From NCBI RefSeq assembly GCF_000143415.4, contig NW_003314265.1, positions 1,384,446-1,448,445 on the forward strand: 64,000 nucleotides of DNA, written 5' to 3'. Under the pieces are notes generated by a model. It saw only the letters and a program-made list of their open reading frames with translations. It searched no databases and was not told the DNA's origin. Position 1 is the first letter of the stretch. Every line of letters starts with the position of its first letter. The stretch comes from Selaginella moellendorffii. Its lineage: Eukaryota > Plantae > Lycopodiophyta. Below, one piece after another: positions 46,494-59,527 of this stretch. A program made the translations under genes and the position numbers.

Positions 46494-48002
46494 ATGTTCG
46501 CTTGGATTTCGTGGATTCTCGGCAGCATCTTCGGCGCCAGGAGCGAGCAGCTCGTTGACAAGCTCGACATTCCAGCGGATTCCAAGCGCTTCGTCGCCGC
46601 ATTGCGCGTGCCGGATGATCCCTCGTGCATTGTCTACCTCCTCACGGCGCAGGTACTCTCGGAAAGATCAGTGAGGGATGTGAAGCAGCTTGTCGCGGCT
46701 GCGAGGCCGCATGCCGTGCTCGCGGCCGTGCAATCGCACCGGATGCTGGAATTTCTCGAGGAGGAGCGGATCGCCAGCGATTTAGATCACGGCGTCGTTG
46801 TGCCGGATTCTTTTCTCGACGCCTTCACGGATTTCTCTACCAGGGGTTACAGCAGCGAAAGCTTGGCGGTTTTCGACTTCCAGAGGATCATCTTTGGAAC
46901 GACGTATCATGGCTATGTTCTGGCGGCGAAGCACGCAGCGCTCCAGTCCGGATCCAACTTCGGCGTTCTTCAGGTCTTTCTCGCGGATGCTCCGGAAGCA
47001 CAGCACCAAAGTCCGGACAACTGGAGTCTCGCATTCTCGCGCCATCTGCCATCGACCAGCCGCCCGGAATTCGCTGCTTCGTTCTTCCCGATCTTTCTCA
47101 TGCTCGACCAGCTCAACGATAGCATCTGGCCTCGCACTCACGGATCCAATGCCGTCGCTGCGGCCGAGAGGATCATCGCCGACACCGCCGCAGGGAAGGA
47201 AGTAAGCAGAGAGTTGCTCGACTCGGTTCTTGGATTCAGGGTGACGCTCGAGTACTTCCGGCTGTTACAACACGATATCTCGAGACGAATAGCCATGAAC
47301 GCTCCGCCACCTTTTGCTTCGTCCTACACCGGGCTTCCAGACCAGGAAAAATGCGAGGTGCTTCTCACGCAAGCTCTACAGAGGCAGGCCAAGCGGTCCA
47401 AAGTCGTGGTGGCGGTCTTGGATGGATCGCAGGTTTTGGGAGTTCGGAAATACTGGAACGTCTTGGTGCCACCCGAAGCCGCAGCCATGTCCGACTCCTT
47501 CTTGTTCTCGGCTGGGGATGATACAACCAGCACGGAATTGGACGAAGCTGGGGGTAACTTAGTGGCACTGGGAGCTGGGGCTGCTGTGGTTGCCGGGGCT
47601 ACGAAGTTTCTCTCGAGCAAGGCTCCCGTTCTTGCTAAGCTTCCATGGGCGCCATTCTCGCCAGCGCGCTCTTCGATCGTCCGAGCTTTCGTCGGGCTCG
47701 CAAAGAGAAAGAGCATCGGGGCAGTGCACTGGTCCTTCTACGGTCTCATGCGCCAGCGCACGGGGATGTCTTCGCTGAGGCGGCCGTGGGTGGTGTTTGG
47801 AGGAAGCGTTCTAACCGCGGTGGGACTGTTCTACGCGGACGACCAGATCGGGGGTGCTGTGGAAGCGGTTCCATCGGCGATCTCGGTGGCTCGACTCGGA
47901 AGGGGGCTCAAGAACTTGAAGAGGACTGCTGCCGAGGCCAACAGTGAGACAGTGGACGATCTCTACGGCCCAGCGTATCGAGCTCCCAGGCTGTTCGACT
48001 GA
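46494..48002 (+). CDS. Protein of unknown function with C-terminal hydrophobic segments, intronless
   Basis: About 500-aa ORF with protein-like composition; N-terminal IVYLLTAQVLSERSVRDV..RPHAVL resembles a plant uncharacterised family. Confidence 0.75.
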   Translation: MFAWISWILGSIFGARSEQLVDKLDIPADSKRFVAALRVPDDPSCIVYLLTAQVLSERSVRDVKQLVAAARPHAVLAAVQSHRMLEFLEEERIASDLDHGVVVPDSFLDAFTDFSTRGYSSESLAVFDFQRIIFGTTYHGYVLAAKHAALQSGSNFGVLQVFLADAPEAQHQSPDNWSLAFSRHLPSTSRPEFAASFFPIFLMLDQLNDSIWPRTHGSNAVAAAERIIADTAAGKEVSRELLDSVLGFRVTLEYFRLLQHDISRRIAMNAPPPFASSYTGLPDQEKCEVLLTQALQRQAKRSKVVVAVLDGSQVLGVRKYWNVLVPPEAAAMSDSFLFSAGDDTTSTELDEAGGNLVALGAGAAVVAGATKFLSSKAPVLAKLPWAPFSPARSSIVRAFVGLAKRKSIGAVHWSFYGLMRQRTGMSSLRRPWVVFGGSVLTAVGLFYADDQIGGAVEAVPSAISVARLGRGLKNLKRTAAEANSETVDDLYGPAYRAPRLFD

Positions 48003-48589
48003 GATTTCGTCCAAGCTCGCAATCACGGGTAACAAGTTTCGTTTCAAATCTATGTGAGCTGACCATGAGAATTTTTTTTGTTTTCCTGATAGTAGCACAG
48101 GGATGTACATAGACCACGCCAAGGTTCTACTCAAAATCTTTTCGGCACAAGAAAAAACGAAAGAGATATAGAAGAAAGCTCATTTTTGTGAAACTCGAAG
48201 AGCTAGTCGAATTTTAAATTTGAAATTGCCCGCCAAGCGCGTGAGTGTTAGGGTTCTAGAGGTTTTAGGGCGGATGGATGGAGCGTTGGCGGCATCGCTC
48301 TCTTTGTCGTGGCGGCATCGACTCGAGATCCGTCGCCCCCTTTGTCATGGGGCGACGAGAATGCGAGTGCCGACAGCACAGGGATGGCGCCGCGTTTCGA
48401 CTAACGCGATGCGCGCCTCCCGCTTGTCGTCTTCACAGGAGCGCTGTTTTAAGTATTTTTCCTTTCTCTCCTCCTTCTGGAATGAGGCTGTGTCTAGCGG
48501 ACTTCCCTCTCGCTTGTTTTCAACCAGCACAGATTATAAGCGCTTCTGGGGAAGTTTCTTTTCTCGAAGGATGCTGAATGGTCTAAACA

Positions 48590-51500
48590 ATGTTAAAGTT
48601 CAAGAAAAATCCTGGAGGGAAGATCAAAGAGAAAGTGGTGTTCAAGTTCCAATTTCATGTTACACGGGTATGATCTCTCTCGTTAATTCGCTTTACATCC
48701 TCGGTCCTTCCTTGTGTAACAGGTTCCACCGGCTGGATGGGAGAAGCTTAAAGTGTCTCTTATACCACAGGACACTGGAAAACGCAGCAATAAAACCACC
48801 AAGGCTGCCGTCGAGTATGGATGCTGCCGCTGGCCCGATCCTCTCGTGGAGACCACGAGACTTATACAAGACGCCCAGTCTGGGAAGTATGACTCTAAGC
48901 TCTACAAAATCGTTGTTGGTGTGGTAAGGATTATGAGCTCTTCCTTTATTGTGTTGATATGTTCTTCATCACAGCGAACAAAAATTCTCGGAGATGTTAC
49001 CATTAACTTGGCTGATTTCGCAAATGGTCCATCGAATTCACTAGCCGTGCCTCTCCAAAATTGTCGAGGAAATACGCTCCTTCACGTATGCTCGATTTAT
49101 ACTGTTTTGTTTCTGATTTGACACTAGCTTGGTTCTTTATGTTGCAGGTAAAAATCAACTCTTTAACGTCCTTGAGGTGATAATACAAATTTTAGCGAGG
49201 TTAGCCATAAGAGTTTCGTTTTTATCTTTGCAGGAAATCGCGAGAGCTTAGTGTTCAAGATGAGCAATCCTCTGATTCTGAAGTCGATGCTGACAATATT
49301 TCTGTGGCGTCATCCACTAGCCAAGCGCTTAGTGGTCCTGTTCAGAAGTCGGTTTCTTCACCAAGAGTGAGTTCTTTCTTGAACACACTTAAAGGATGTG
49401 AAACCTCTCTTTTTTTTGCACAGGATAATGGGTCGTCGCTGCGTGACACCGATCTTGAACCATTTACACCTAGAGAATTCAACGGTAGCGTCAAAGAGTT
49501 TTTTGGCGACCCTCCTTCTCCAGCTAGCTCTGTAGGAGGCTATGAGAGAAGAAGGCGCAGGTTCAGTCAGGGGTCATTTCCAACAATCTCTTTGGAGCCC
49601 CAGCTTGGTAGAACAGGTAGTGGCTCGGGCATGAGAAATATTGAGTCGCTTAGCAATATGGACAGTGACACTCCCAGGAGCATTATGAGCGTGAGGTCGT
49701 CATCTTTTCGAAGTAAATCGCCGATTGAAGCCGAGGCACCAGCTCCAGATAAATCGATTCAGGAGCTGCGCATGGAAGCCGTAACATGGCAAAGACGTGC
49801 CCGAAATCTGAGTAGGGAAGTCCAGAAGCTGAAGCAGGAGAATGGTGGCGGACCAAAGCAGTTACTGGCAGATAAGCTTAAACTAGAGCTGCAAACTGCA
49901 AAGCAGGAGCACGAAGCTAATGAGCAGAGACTGCGCAAGGAGGCCGAAGAATTAGCAAGGTCCATAAGCGATTTGAAGATGGAGCTGTCCTACGAGAAAG
50001 AAGCAAGCCTGAACGCGAGCATGCAATTGAGAAAAGCTCAGGAGTCCAACATGCAGCTCGTACTGGCGATACAAGACATGGAGGAGTCTCTAGAGGAGCA
50101 GCGAAAAGAAATGGAAGAGCTTTCTTCACTCAATCACAACCTTGAAGCTTCTGTACATGCTGCCAAGACTCGAGAAGAGAATCGGGAAAGTCAGTGGTCT
50201 GAGAAGCTTGTAGCTAAAGAAAACACGATCAAAGGCCTGCAAGCTAAGCTTGAGGACTTGCGGAAAAGTCGGTCTGAGATTAAGCGGGAGCTGGCCACTG
50301 ACGACGAGGTGAGCCAGAGTACCGAAGAAATGGCTAAAGAGTTGAAGGAGTTGACGGACGAAAATATGGAGCTGATATTCAAGCTGAACAAGGCAACTAA
50401 AGAGTTCGACAAGCAAAATGACGATGACCGTCAGGAAGTGGAGAGGCTCAAGGCTTTAGTAGACGAGCTCGAGAAGAAGCTGGCAGCAACTGAAGAGTTC
50501 CATCAGGTTCAGCACTCCAGCAATGAAAAGCTTATGGTCCGCCTTCAGACTTTAATCCAGGGCTTGAAAAGTGCTAACGCAGACTTGGAAAACCAGCTGA
50601 GAAGCTCGGATGCCGATATTCAGAGCTTAAACAACCAGTTGGAGCGTGCAAAGTCTGAGCTGACTCTTGCCGGACAAGAGCAGAAAAGACTAACGAGGCT
50701 GGTGGAGGATGCAAACACAGTTAAAGCTCAACTGGAATCTGAAGTTTCAGCTTTGGTGTTTCGAGCACAGAAGCATGACAAGGAAATGTCGGACTTGTTG
50801 CACGACTTCAACTCTAAGCTGCTGCAAGTAACGGATTTAGAGGCCAGGATTTTACAGCTCGAGATGCTAAACAATGGCTTGGAGATGAAGATGCAGGACT
50901 CCCAAGAGCTGGACAAGTCACGCATTCTAGATTTGGAGTTACAGGTGTCAACCCTTGCGAGCAGTTTAGAAGCAGCGGATGCGCACAGGAAGGAATTAGA
51001 AGAGAAAGTAGTGGACTTGGAAGCGGAAAATGATGGATGGAACCGCAGCTTTGAGGAATCTACTAGGAAAGAGGCTGAGAAGCTTTCAAGTCAGCTGGAC
51101 AGTGCAAAGATGGAGTTCGACAGGCATGTTGCGGAGTTGGAGGATGATTTAGAAAAAGCGAGACAGGATTTAGAAGCGCAATTGAGCAGATCGAAGAAAG
51201 AAAACGTCGAAGTCAATGAAACGGTCACGAGAAAGGATGCAGAGGTTCAGTTTCTTGTATCAGAGCTTGAAGCGTTGAAACTACAACTTAGTGCGGAGCA
51301 GGGCCGAGGTCGGGAAATCGAAAAACAGAAAGCTGTACTTGCTGCTACAATGAACGAGTATAAGTCGAAATGGATAGCGTCGGATACGCTCTGTGAGACG
51401 CATTCTCGTGCCCGAAGGGACCTTGAAGCGCAGGTGGAAAGATTAAAAGCTGAACTTTCCAAGGCCTCTACGTCCAGTCATTCTTTGCGGTGCCGCATCA

Positions 51501-54500
51501 GAGAACTTGAGGAAAGTCTATCAGAGTTGACGGCAGAACATCTCAAGACAACACAAAACATGGAGGAAGAAAGTAAATTGGTTGCAAAGAAGATTTCATC
51601 TTTAGAGGCCGAGAGGGAATCATTGAAGTTAGAGCTTGAAGTTAGTCAAACAGAGAAGGCTGTATTGGAGCGTGAGGCAGTGCATATTGCAGAGGAGAAG
51701 ACGGCTCTTGAGACTACAAAGAATTGCCTGGAGCTTACTTGCAGTGAGCTCAATATGAAGGTTGAGAAGCTGGAAGAAGATCGTGAGGCTCACAGACTAG
51801 CAGAGGAAAAACTGGAGCTACAAGTAAAGGATTTGACTGATACGTTTAGAAGTCTTGAAAATACTTTGGGAGTGCGGGAGAGCTCCATCAAGGAGCTGGA
51901 GGGGACTTTAAAAGTCACGGAGAGCAATCATGACGAGGCTGTCAAAAAGCTTGCAAGAGATGTTGCTGGACTAGAGGAAGACAACGTGAAGCACGTCAAA
52001 GAAATATCTATGCTACAAGAACATTTGTCCACGCTGACAAGCGAGCTAAAACGCTGTGAGCTAGATGCTGAAAGCAGAGATGCGCGAAGCAGAGGAGAAA
52101 TGCTAGAGCTTGAAGAGAAAGTGGTATTGCTAGAGAACGAGCGTGAGGCTCTTAAGCAGGATGGACGCAACTTGCACATGCATATCGGGGTTCTCAAGGG
52201 TGACATAGCGATGCGGGTTGGCACCCAAGGTTTGCTGGAAAGACGAGCCAAGGAGCTAGAAGATCAGATATGTAGCACGGTGGAAATTTTAAAGGAGTGC
52301 CAACGTGAGAAAGCTGCTGCTGAAGATCACAACAGAGAACTCGAAGCTGCAGTAGAAAAATGGGAACGTACTGGGCAGGAGCTAGAGGGAACAATCGCAA
52401 AACTGGAAGGAGAGAGGGATGCTCAAGGTCTGGCACTGAAGGACCTCGAACTGCAAGTCAAGAGCCTTAAAAGCACAGTCAGCTCCCTCGAAAATTCTGG
52501 ACATGTACGTGAGAACCGTGTCAGAGAACTTGAAGACACCTTATCGATCACTGAGCAGTCCGAAAAGAGGTTGACGGAGAAATTAGAAGAGGACCATGTT
52601 AAGCATGCTGAAGAAGTTTCAAGTTTGCAAGAAAATGTGCGCGCTCTGGCGAGGGAGCTGGAAAGCTGCAAGTGCTATGCAGAAGAGACACAATTGCTAA
52701 ACAGCCAAGAGAAGTCGAGGCTTGAAGAAAAGGTGCTACAGGTTGAGAACGAGCGTGATGATCTCCAGCAGGATGCACGGAACTTGGAAACACAGGTGGA
52801 AGCTCTCAAGAACGACATCATAGTGCATCTTGGTACTCAGGAACTTCTACAGCATAGCCTACAAGGAAAGCTAGAGGAACTTCTCGGCTTGGAGTCCAAG
52901 GTGTTGGTTCTAGAGTCCGATTGCAACCTACTCAAGAACGACCGGGACGGCCTGGAAATGCAGGTGGCAGATTTCAAGCACCAGGCCTTAGACAGTGCAG
53001 TGTTGAACGGTGTGCTACAAGATCAGGTGACCGAGCTGACTGCCACCCTCAGCAGTATAGGCCGAGAAAGAGACGCTCTAATGGAGTCGTGGAATGCGGA
53101 GAAAAACAAAGCAATCCACGCCGAGCAACGGCTGGAAACGTTTGTTCAGGACAGAGAAAAGCTAGAATGGCTTTTGCAGCAAACGGAAACCATTGCCCGA
53201 CAGATGTCACAGGTCGAAGCAGGCGGACTGTCTCTAGAGGCAACGCTGGAGGAAGCACGCCAGAAGAATAGCCAACTCGATCACAATATAGAGAAGCAAG
53301 AGATCGAGGCAAAAGATATTGGATGCAAAGTTGAGCAGTCTGTCGCAACTCTCTTCAAACTTGCCAGTCAGATGGAAAACGAGATGGAAGATATGAGGGT
53401 TGCCAACAGGGACTGCGCTTCGAAGCTGGGCAAGTGTGAGCAAGAAGTTCTGGCTTTGAAGGTCGAAAACGATGCGTACAAACCGGAAATAGTGGATTTG
53501 AAGACCACTCTATTAAATCTTAAGCAGGACAAGTTGGCTTTAGAAGCGAGGATACAAGATTTGGAGGCTGAAAAGCTGAGGCTGCAATGCCAGGTTCAAG
53601 TTCAACACCTCCAAGGGCACACCGAGAGTGAGAAATTGGATTTTATTTCGGCAAGGCTACAAGCTCTTCGATCTAATCTGGACAAAGTAAGCGAGAGAAA
53701 CGTGCTTCAGAAAATCGAAGAGCTGAAGCGGGAGTACAAACAAGAGGAAGCTGACGTTCATGACAAGTTAATTTTGTTGGAGGTGAGAAGTTACATTTCA
53801 TCAAGGAATCTAACATCTCAAGTCTTGACACTCTCCAGGTTCAACTTTCTTGTAAAATGAATGAGATTGAAGCACTGAAACAAGAGCACCAAGAAAAAGA
53901 GGCTACACTTCAAACTAAAGTCGACTATCTGGAAACGACCATGGGACGACAAATGGACGCTGGTCTTGAGCAATTCCAAGTTGAGGTATGACTTTTGGTG
54001 TGCAATGCAACACAAGATTGAAATTACAACTTTGTAGGTGGCAAGGCTTCAAACGCAGCTAGCGCTCTGTGCTCAGCGTGAACGTGACTTGGTGTCAAAG
54101 TTAAGCATGCAGGAGATATCTGAGAAAGAAGTTTGCCGGTTACAACAGGTTGGAGAGCTTCAAGGTTTATCGAGTTATTGACTTGGATGTGTTGTGTTGG
54201 ATGCAAGGCAGGTGAATGAACAGCTTGAGATCACCGTGATGAAATTGAGAGCTGTGTCTGAATGTGGCAATCTTCTTGATAGAGTCCTAACACTGGAAAC
54301 AGAATTGGCTGAGGCCTTAGAAACAAGCAGAATCTATAAGTCCCAGCTCCAAAAGTAAGCTATATGGAATTCTTCTCTTCAGAAGCTAATTGTGTTGTTT
54401 ATTTGTAGTTCAATCGCTTCATCAGACAACGTACAGCAAACTGATGTTAGCATCGAGAGAATATTGTCAGATTTGAAGATGTACATGCGGAGATCATCAG

Positions 54501-54652
54501 AATTGCAGATGGAACTAAAAGACATGCAAGATAGATATACTCAAATGAGCCTGAAGTTTGCTGAGGTTGTGGCTGAGAAAGAGCAGCTTAGTTTTGCTTT
54601 GAAAAATTTACAAACGTCATCGGAAATACTTAGAAAAACACCATCTTTTTGA
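48590..54652 (+). CDS. NT-C2 (EEIG1/EHBP1-type) domain protein with very long coiled coil (myosin heavy chain-related), multi-exon
   Basis: KVVFKFQFHVTR|VPPAGWEKLKVSLIP.DTGK..CRWPDPLVETTRL..LGDVTINLADF; about 4.4-kb coiled-coil exon; C-terminal LETELAEALE..ELKDMQDRYTQMSLKFAEV. Confidence 0.9.
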
Positions 54653-55399
54653 ACTTGTTTTAAACATTTATTACATTTCTCACTGATTATTTTTGCCATA
54701 ATAAATACTAGCTTTACATACAAATTATAAAATTTAGTTCAGTGCTAAACATTTTTTAAAGATTTTTTGGTTTGCTTAAGCAAAGTAGCAAATAAATATA
54801 CCTAGAATATACTTGGAAATTCTAAGATATTTAATGGTTGCTATTCATTTAGATCAATTTTATGTTTATAATATATGTTTATAATTTATAAACCTTTGTA
54901 AACACTTCCTAATATATCCTAGTTTATTCTACCATCTAATAGTTGATATTCAATAAGATTAATCTTGTGTTTATAAATTATAAACATTTTTATAATTATA
55001 AACTTCTATTTGATTAAATGGATTAATAAATACAAATAACCTACCAAGTAAACCAAGCATTGTTACATGCAACATGTAGCAAATTATTTCAAAAGTTTGC
55101 ATTACAAACAATTCTAACAATAGTTTTGACTTTCCTCTTAATTGATTTTAGATTCCAAAAGAAAATTATTATGTTAATTACATTTTATCTAGACCTATAA
55201 AACTAAAATATTATTTAAGATACACCTATATCAAAGGTTTGCAAAATTCTTCCTTTTAAACTTTTTACATTTACATAATGCATATATTATCTTCCTTAAA
55301 CTTTTTAAATGACTATTATATAATTATATTATGTGTATACAGCTATATAAAACTTCTAATGATAATTATAACTATATCAATTATACTTTCATATGTGGT

Positions 55400-58300
55400 G
55401 TTATGACTTTGAAAATAAATCTTTTATAAAATTTAATGTTTCTACTATTATCCTTAAGTTATTGAAAATATAAAAGAATTCATCAATCACTTCCTTTCAG
55501 TTTTTTGATAATTTATTATATAAATTAAAATTAATTATTAATTAGATAGTTATAAATATATAGAATACAAAAATGTGAAAATATCATTAACCAAAAAAAA
55601 CTCACTTTTATATAAAAGCAAATATGATATCTATGAAAATCCCAATATACTAATAATATTATATAGCATCATACCTTTATATGAACCATTTTAGCTGCTG
55701 CACATACATAATTTATGGAGGATGAACCTGTTAAATATTATGTCAAACCTTATAACTTTACTCAAACTGGTGTGAAAATATTCATCAAATATTAATCCCC
55801 AGACTTAGCATCGGCAGCTTGAGAAAATAAAAAATGTAAACTCAACTATGTTAGCAATATTAGATTATGATTATATAAGAATTTCTTTGGTGAAGCACCA
55901 ATAGAAATTTGCATCCTTATAATATATGTATAGAAGAGAAATAGTAAATAACCATTCTAATCCTACTACTAAAATTTTATATACTTCATGATCACATTCT
56001 TTTAGAGGTCCTATTTCATCAAACCATCTATTAATAGATAATAAGTACTTGCAAAAGTGTAGTATATCCTTAACCAAGCAATCAAAACATAAAATACCTC
56101 AACTATAAACACATGATTATTATCTAAGAGGACCTGCTTTAGATAAAAATATCGAAAAACCACTTAATTAAGGAGGAAAAATCTAATAGTAGTGACAAAC
56201 ACAATAGTACTGCTTTTACCAAACTAATTAATTAGTCAAAAGTAATAATAATGTACTCATTCCCAACACTTTATCATGGAAAAGGCCTTATCAAATCAAA
56301 TTCCATTAACTTAAACTAATGAGAAATTGCAATCGACTCTAATCATTCATTTGCAGCATAAGGCACCAAACACAATTATGCATATATTAGATGACATCAG
56401 GATATATTTTCAGCTAAAGAGAAAAACTTGTTTAGCTTTTCACACATAATGATGTCCCATATATTCACTTTGAATAAAAGAGTTATGGTAAACATGAAAA
56501 AATTGTGAAATAAAAATTGAAGGCACCACTAGCTATAAATGGCCATCAATATTAGTCCCCATAAAGTACAGAAGGTCATCCTTAAGACGATATGGAGAAT
56601 GTAAATGCTAAAATAGTAAATTATCAGTTAGTGATGTAAGATTCTCAAACTCATTAAAATTTTTTTGGATCCATAACTCAATCTTTTGAGCTTCACAAAC
56701 TTTGGTAAATCCAACTCTACATCTTGTGAATACTAAATATCAAATAGAACAACTACCAATGGTATGAAATTCTTATTTAGATTATTCACTAATACTAAAA
56801 CAATAGGTTTGTAATTTCTTCTACTTCATAATAAAGTGACTACAACATAATTACCCTTTAATAATATTTGAGAATAATGCTAGTATGCATGAAACTTCTC
56901 AAAACCCTAAACTACTGCTATGCACTTTTTCTTTATTCTGGAGTAGTTCACTTTTATTAGTTGTAATGTACAGCTAATATTTGCAATAGGATGATACTAA
57001 CTAAGCATGTTTATGCTCTTTTGTATCAATATACCTTAAAGACCAATATCAAAAACATTCATGTGCAAGATGAAAGGTTGAGTATAACTAGGATATGCCA
57101 AAATTGGAAAAGTTATTAACACTTCTTTGAGATCCCACTCATATTTTAAGCTTGACAAACCTCGTTCAATAAAGGTAAATCTAGTTCCACACTTCATAGA
57201 CACTAAACATCAAGCACAACAACTACCAATAGCATGAAATTCTCGTCTAAAAAATCCATTAATGTATAAATAATAGGTTTTTCAGGAATAGGAGAAGAAA
57301 GTAAGAAGATGAGCTTAAGAAAGAGTGTTAGCATTATCCATAGAACTCTTTGAGCAATAAACAACCTCAAAGTTATATATTTAAAATTTTAAAACTTACA
57401 AAATAGTACAACCAACTAACTTCAATAATGAAGTGATCATAAGAAAATCATAATAACATAATGTCCAAGAATTATACAAGTATGTATAAAGCTTCTTGAT
57501 ACCCTAAAGTGCTACTATATACTCCTTTGTTATAGAGTAATTCACCTCTACTAATTACAAATATACAATTGAATGGGATAACACTACTCAATGCTCTCTT
57601 ATATTAACATACCTCTGAGACTAATATCAAAAGCATTCATGCAGAAGATGAAAGCTAAAGTATAGTTAAGATATACCAAAATTGGAGGAGTCATCAACAC
57701 TTCTTTGATATCCACAAATGCCTATTCGCAATCTTTATAAAGGATAAAAAGTAATGTTAACAATTTCAAAATTGTTTGTAAAGGTGCAATACAATTAGAA
57801 AGATCATCAATAAAAGACAATACCCAAGATTAATCATATTATTGGGCCTAAACACTCATTTTAACCATTTTAGCTTCAAACCAACTTCCCATAACTAATT
57901 TAACACTTTATAGACATTATAAATGTGCTCCTTCCATATCCTTTTTGAGTGAATCAAAACATTCGATAAAATTGATGGTTATTTTTGGTATATTGCAAAG
58001 AACCTTATACATCATTTATTTAAAAGTCACTAGAGCATTATTCAAATTGAACAACATCACCAAGAACTCATATAAACTAAATGGTGTACCAAAAACAATT
58101 TTGGGAATATCCCTTTTGGCTATCAACATTTGTCAATACCCATAAGTAAAATTTAGCTTCATGAACTAATAACTTCTCTATAAACATCTAGAAGATTGGT
58201 AATATGAGGAAGAAAGTATATACTAGTTATAATGTATAATTGATATATGTAATGGGATGATGCTGACTAAGTATATTTATGCTCTTTTGCATCAACACAC

Positions 58301-58650
58301 CTTTAAAACCAATATCATAAGCATCCACATATAAAATAAAAGGTATATTTAAGATAAATATATAGTTTAATGGATAATAATTGATGCAAAATTAAACACT
58401 CATGTTATAAGATAAGGTTTACATAACCAAGGACTCCAAGATTTTTAGATAACCCTTATCTAACATCTCCTCAACATTTATACATAAGATCTTGATCTCC
58501 TTTGGTGACTAATGCTAAATAGAAACCTTAATTAAATAAACATCTCTAGTTGGAATAGAATGATACATTGTAATCTTGGTTCTAAATGACAAGTTAAAGT
58601 TGAAAATATCAACACAGTCCTTTTTAAGCTAGTTGATAGCCTCAATACAA
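55400..58650 (-). mobile_element. Ancient, heavily decayed Ty3/gypsy pol remnants (RT about 58200-57700, RNase H-linked block repeated, integrase about 56500-55850); boundaries approximate
   Basis: Hand translation DIPKIVFGTPFSLYEFLVMLFNLNNALVTF (RT); LKEVLITFPILAYPSYTQPFILH..YHPIA (RNase H); ..MQISIGASPK (integrase); many stops. Confidence 0.8.
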
Positions 58651-58870
58651 AACGACTTGAGAGATTTATAGAGAGGGAATAAAAGAGTAAAAAGGAAAAA
58701 TAATAAAAATTAATAAAGAAATAAAATTGATAAAAGAAAAGGTAAAAATAAAATGCTAAAATGGAATAAAAGTGAGAGAAATGGAAGAGATATAAGAGAG
58801 TATAAGATAAATAAGAAAAGCCTTAAAATCACACTTAATATGATTATACTGCAACCAATCCATATCAAGG

Positions 58871-59527
58871 TGTAAGGAATCAACTCCCCAAGGTGTCATA
58901 GGTTAAAAGATCCCTGAAATCATGATAAAGAGTTTATCAAATGAGATTGAGTTCGAGATCAAGTCTAAGATTGATTTTAAGACTAAGTTTAAGACCAAAT
59001 CCAAGATCTGAGATTGTGTCCCAGACTAGATCCAAGATTGATTCCGAGATCGAGTTCAAGGTTAAATCTGAGATCGAGCTTAAGATTGAGTCCAAGACCA
59101 AATTCAAGTACTAATATAAATTGTGGGGTGAAAGCCTAAAGTGATCATCTCCTAGGGAGGGGGGCTATAGAGGGTTCCAAAAATATAATAGGGATAGTGA
59201 GGTCAAAGAATCAGTCTTGAAAGAACTCTTTAGTGGTGCTTCTAAGCCAACTTGACGTTGGGACTAGGGGTTAAGGGCCTTGGGTGGAATAAGCACAAAC
59301 TCATGGGTGGTGCTAAAGAGGCCACCCAAGGAAGTGCTTGAAAGCATCTCCCACTCTTGAAAGGGAAATTAATTGTAGTGCTTCTGGCTCATGTGGAATG
59401 GTGCCCCACTTGAGTACCATGCCACTCATTAATCCTTGATCTTTCCTAGAGGATTGGGCCCTTTATTTGGGATGGAAGTAAAGGAGTAAAGATACCCATA
59501 CTAGGCCGTTAAGTTATAGTGTTTCCC
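58871..59527 (+). mobile_element. Older, deaminated LTR of the same family, interrupted by the younger element
   Basis: Starts TGTAAGGAA; colinear with 59528-60288; differences mostly C>T and G>A. Confidence 0.9.

Noticed and set aside
48220-48927. 235-aa ORF upstream of the NT-C2 gene
   Set aside because: Non-ATG start, crosses UTR and introns out of frame with the conserved NT-C2 exons
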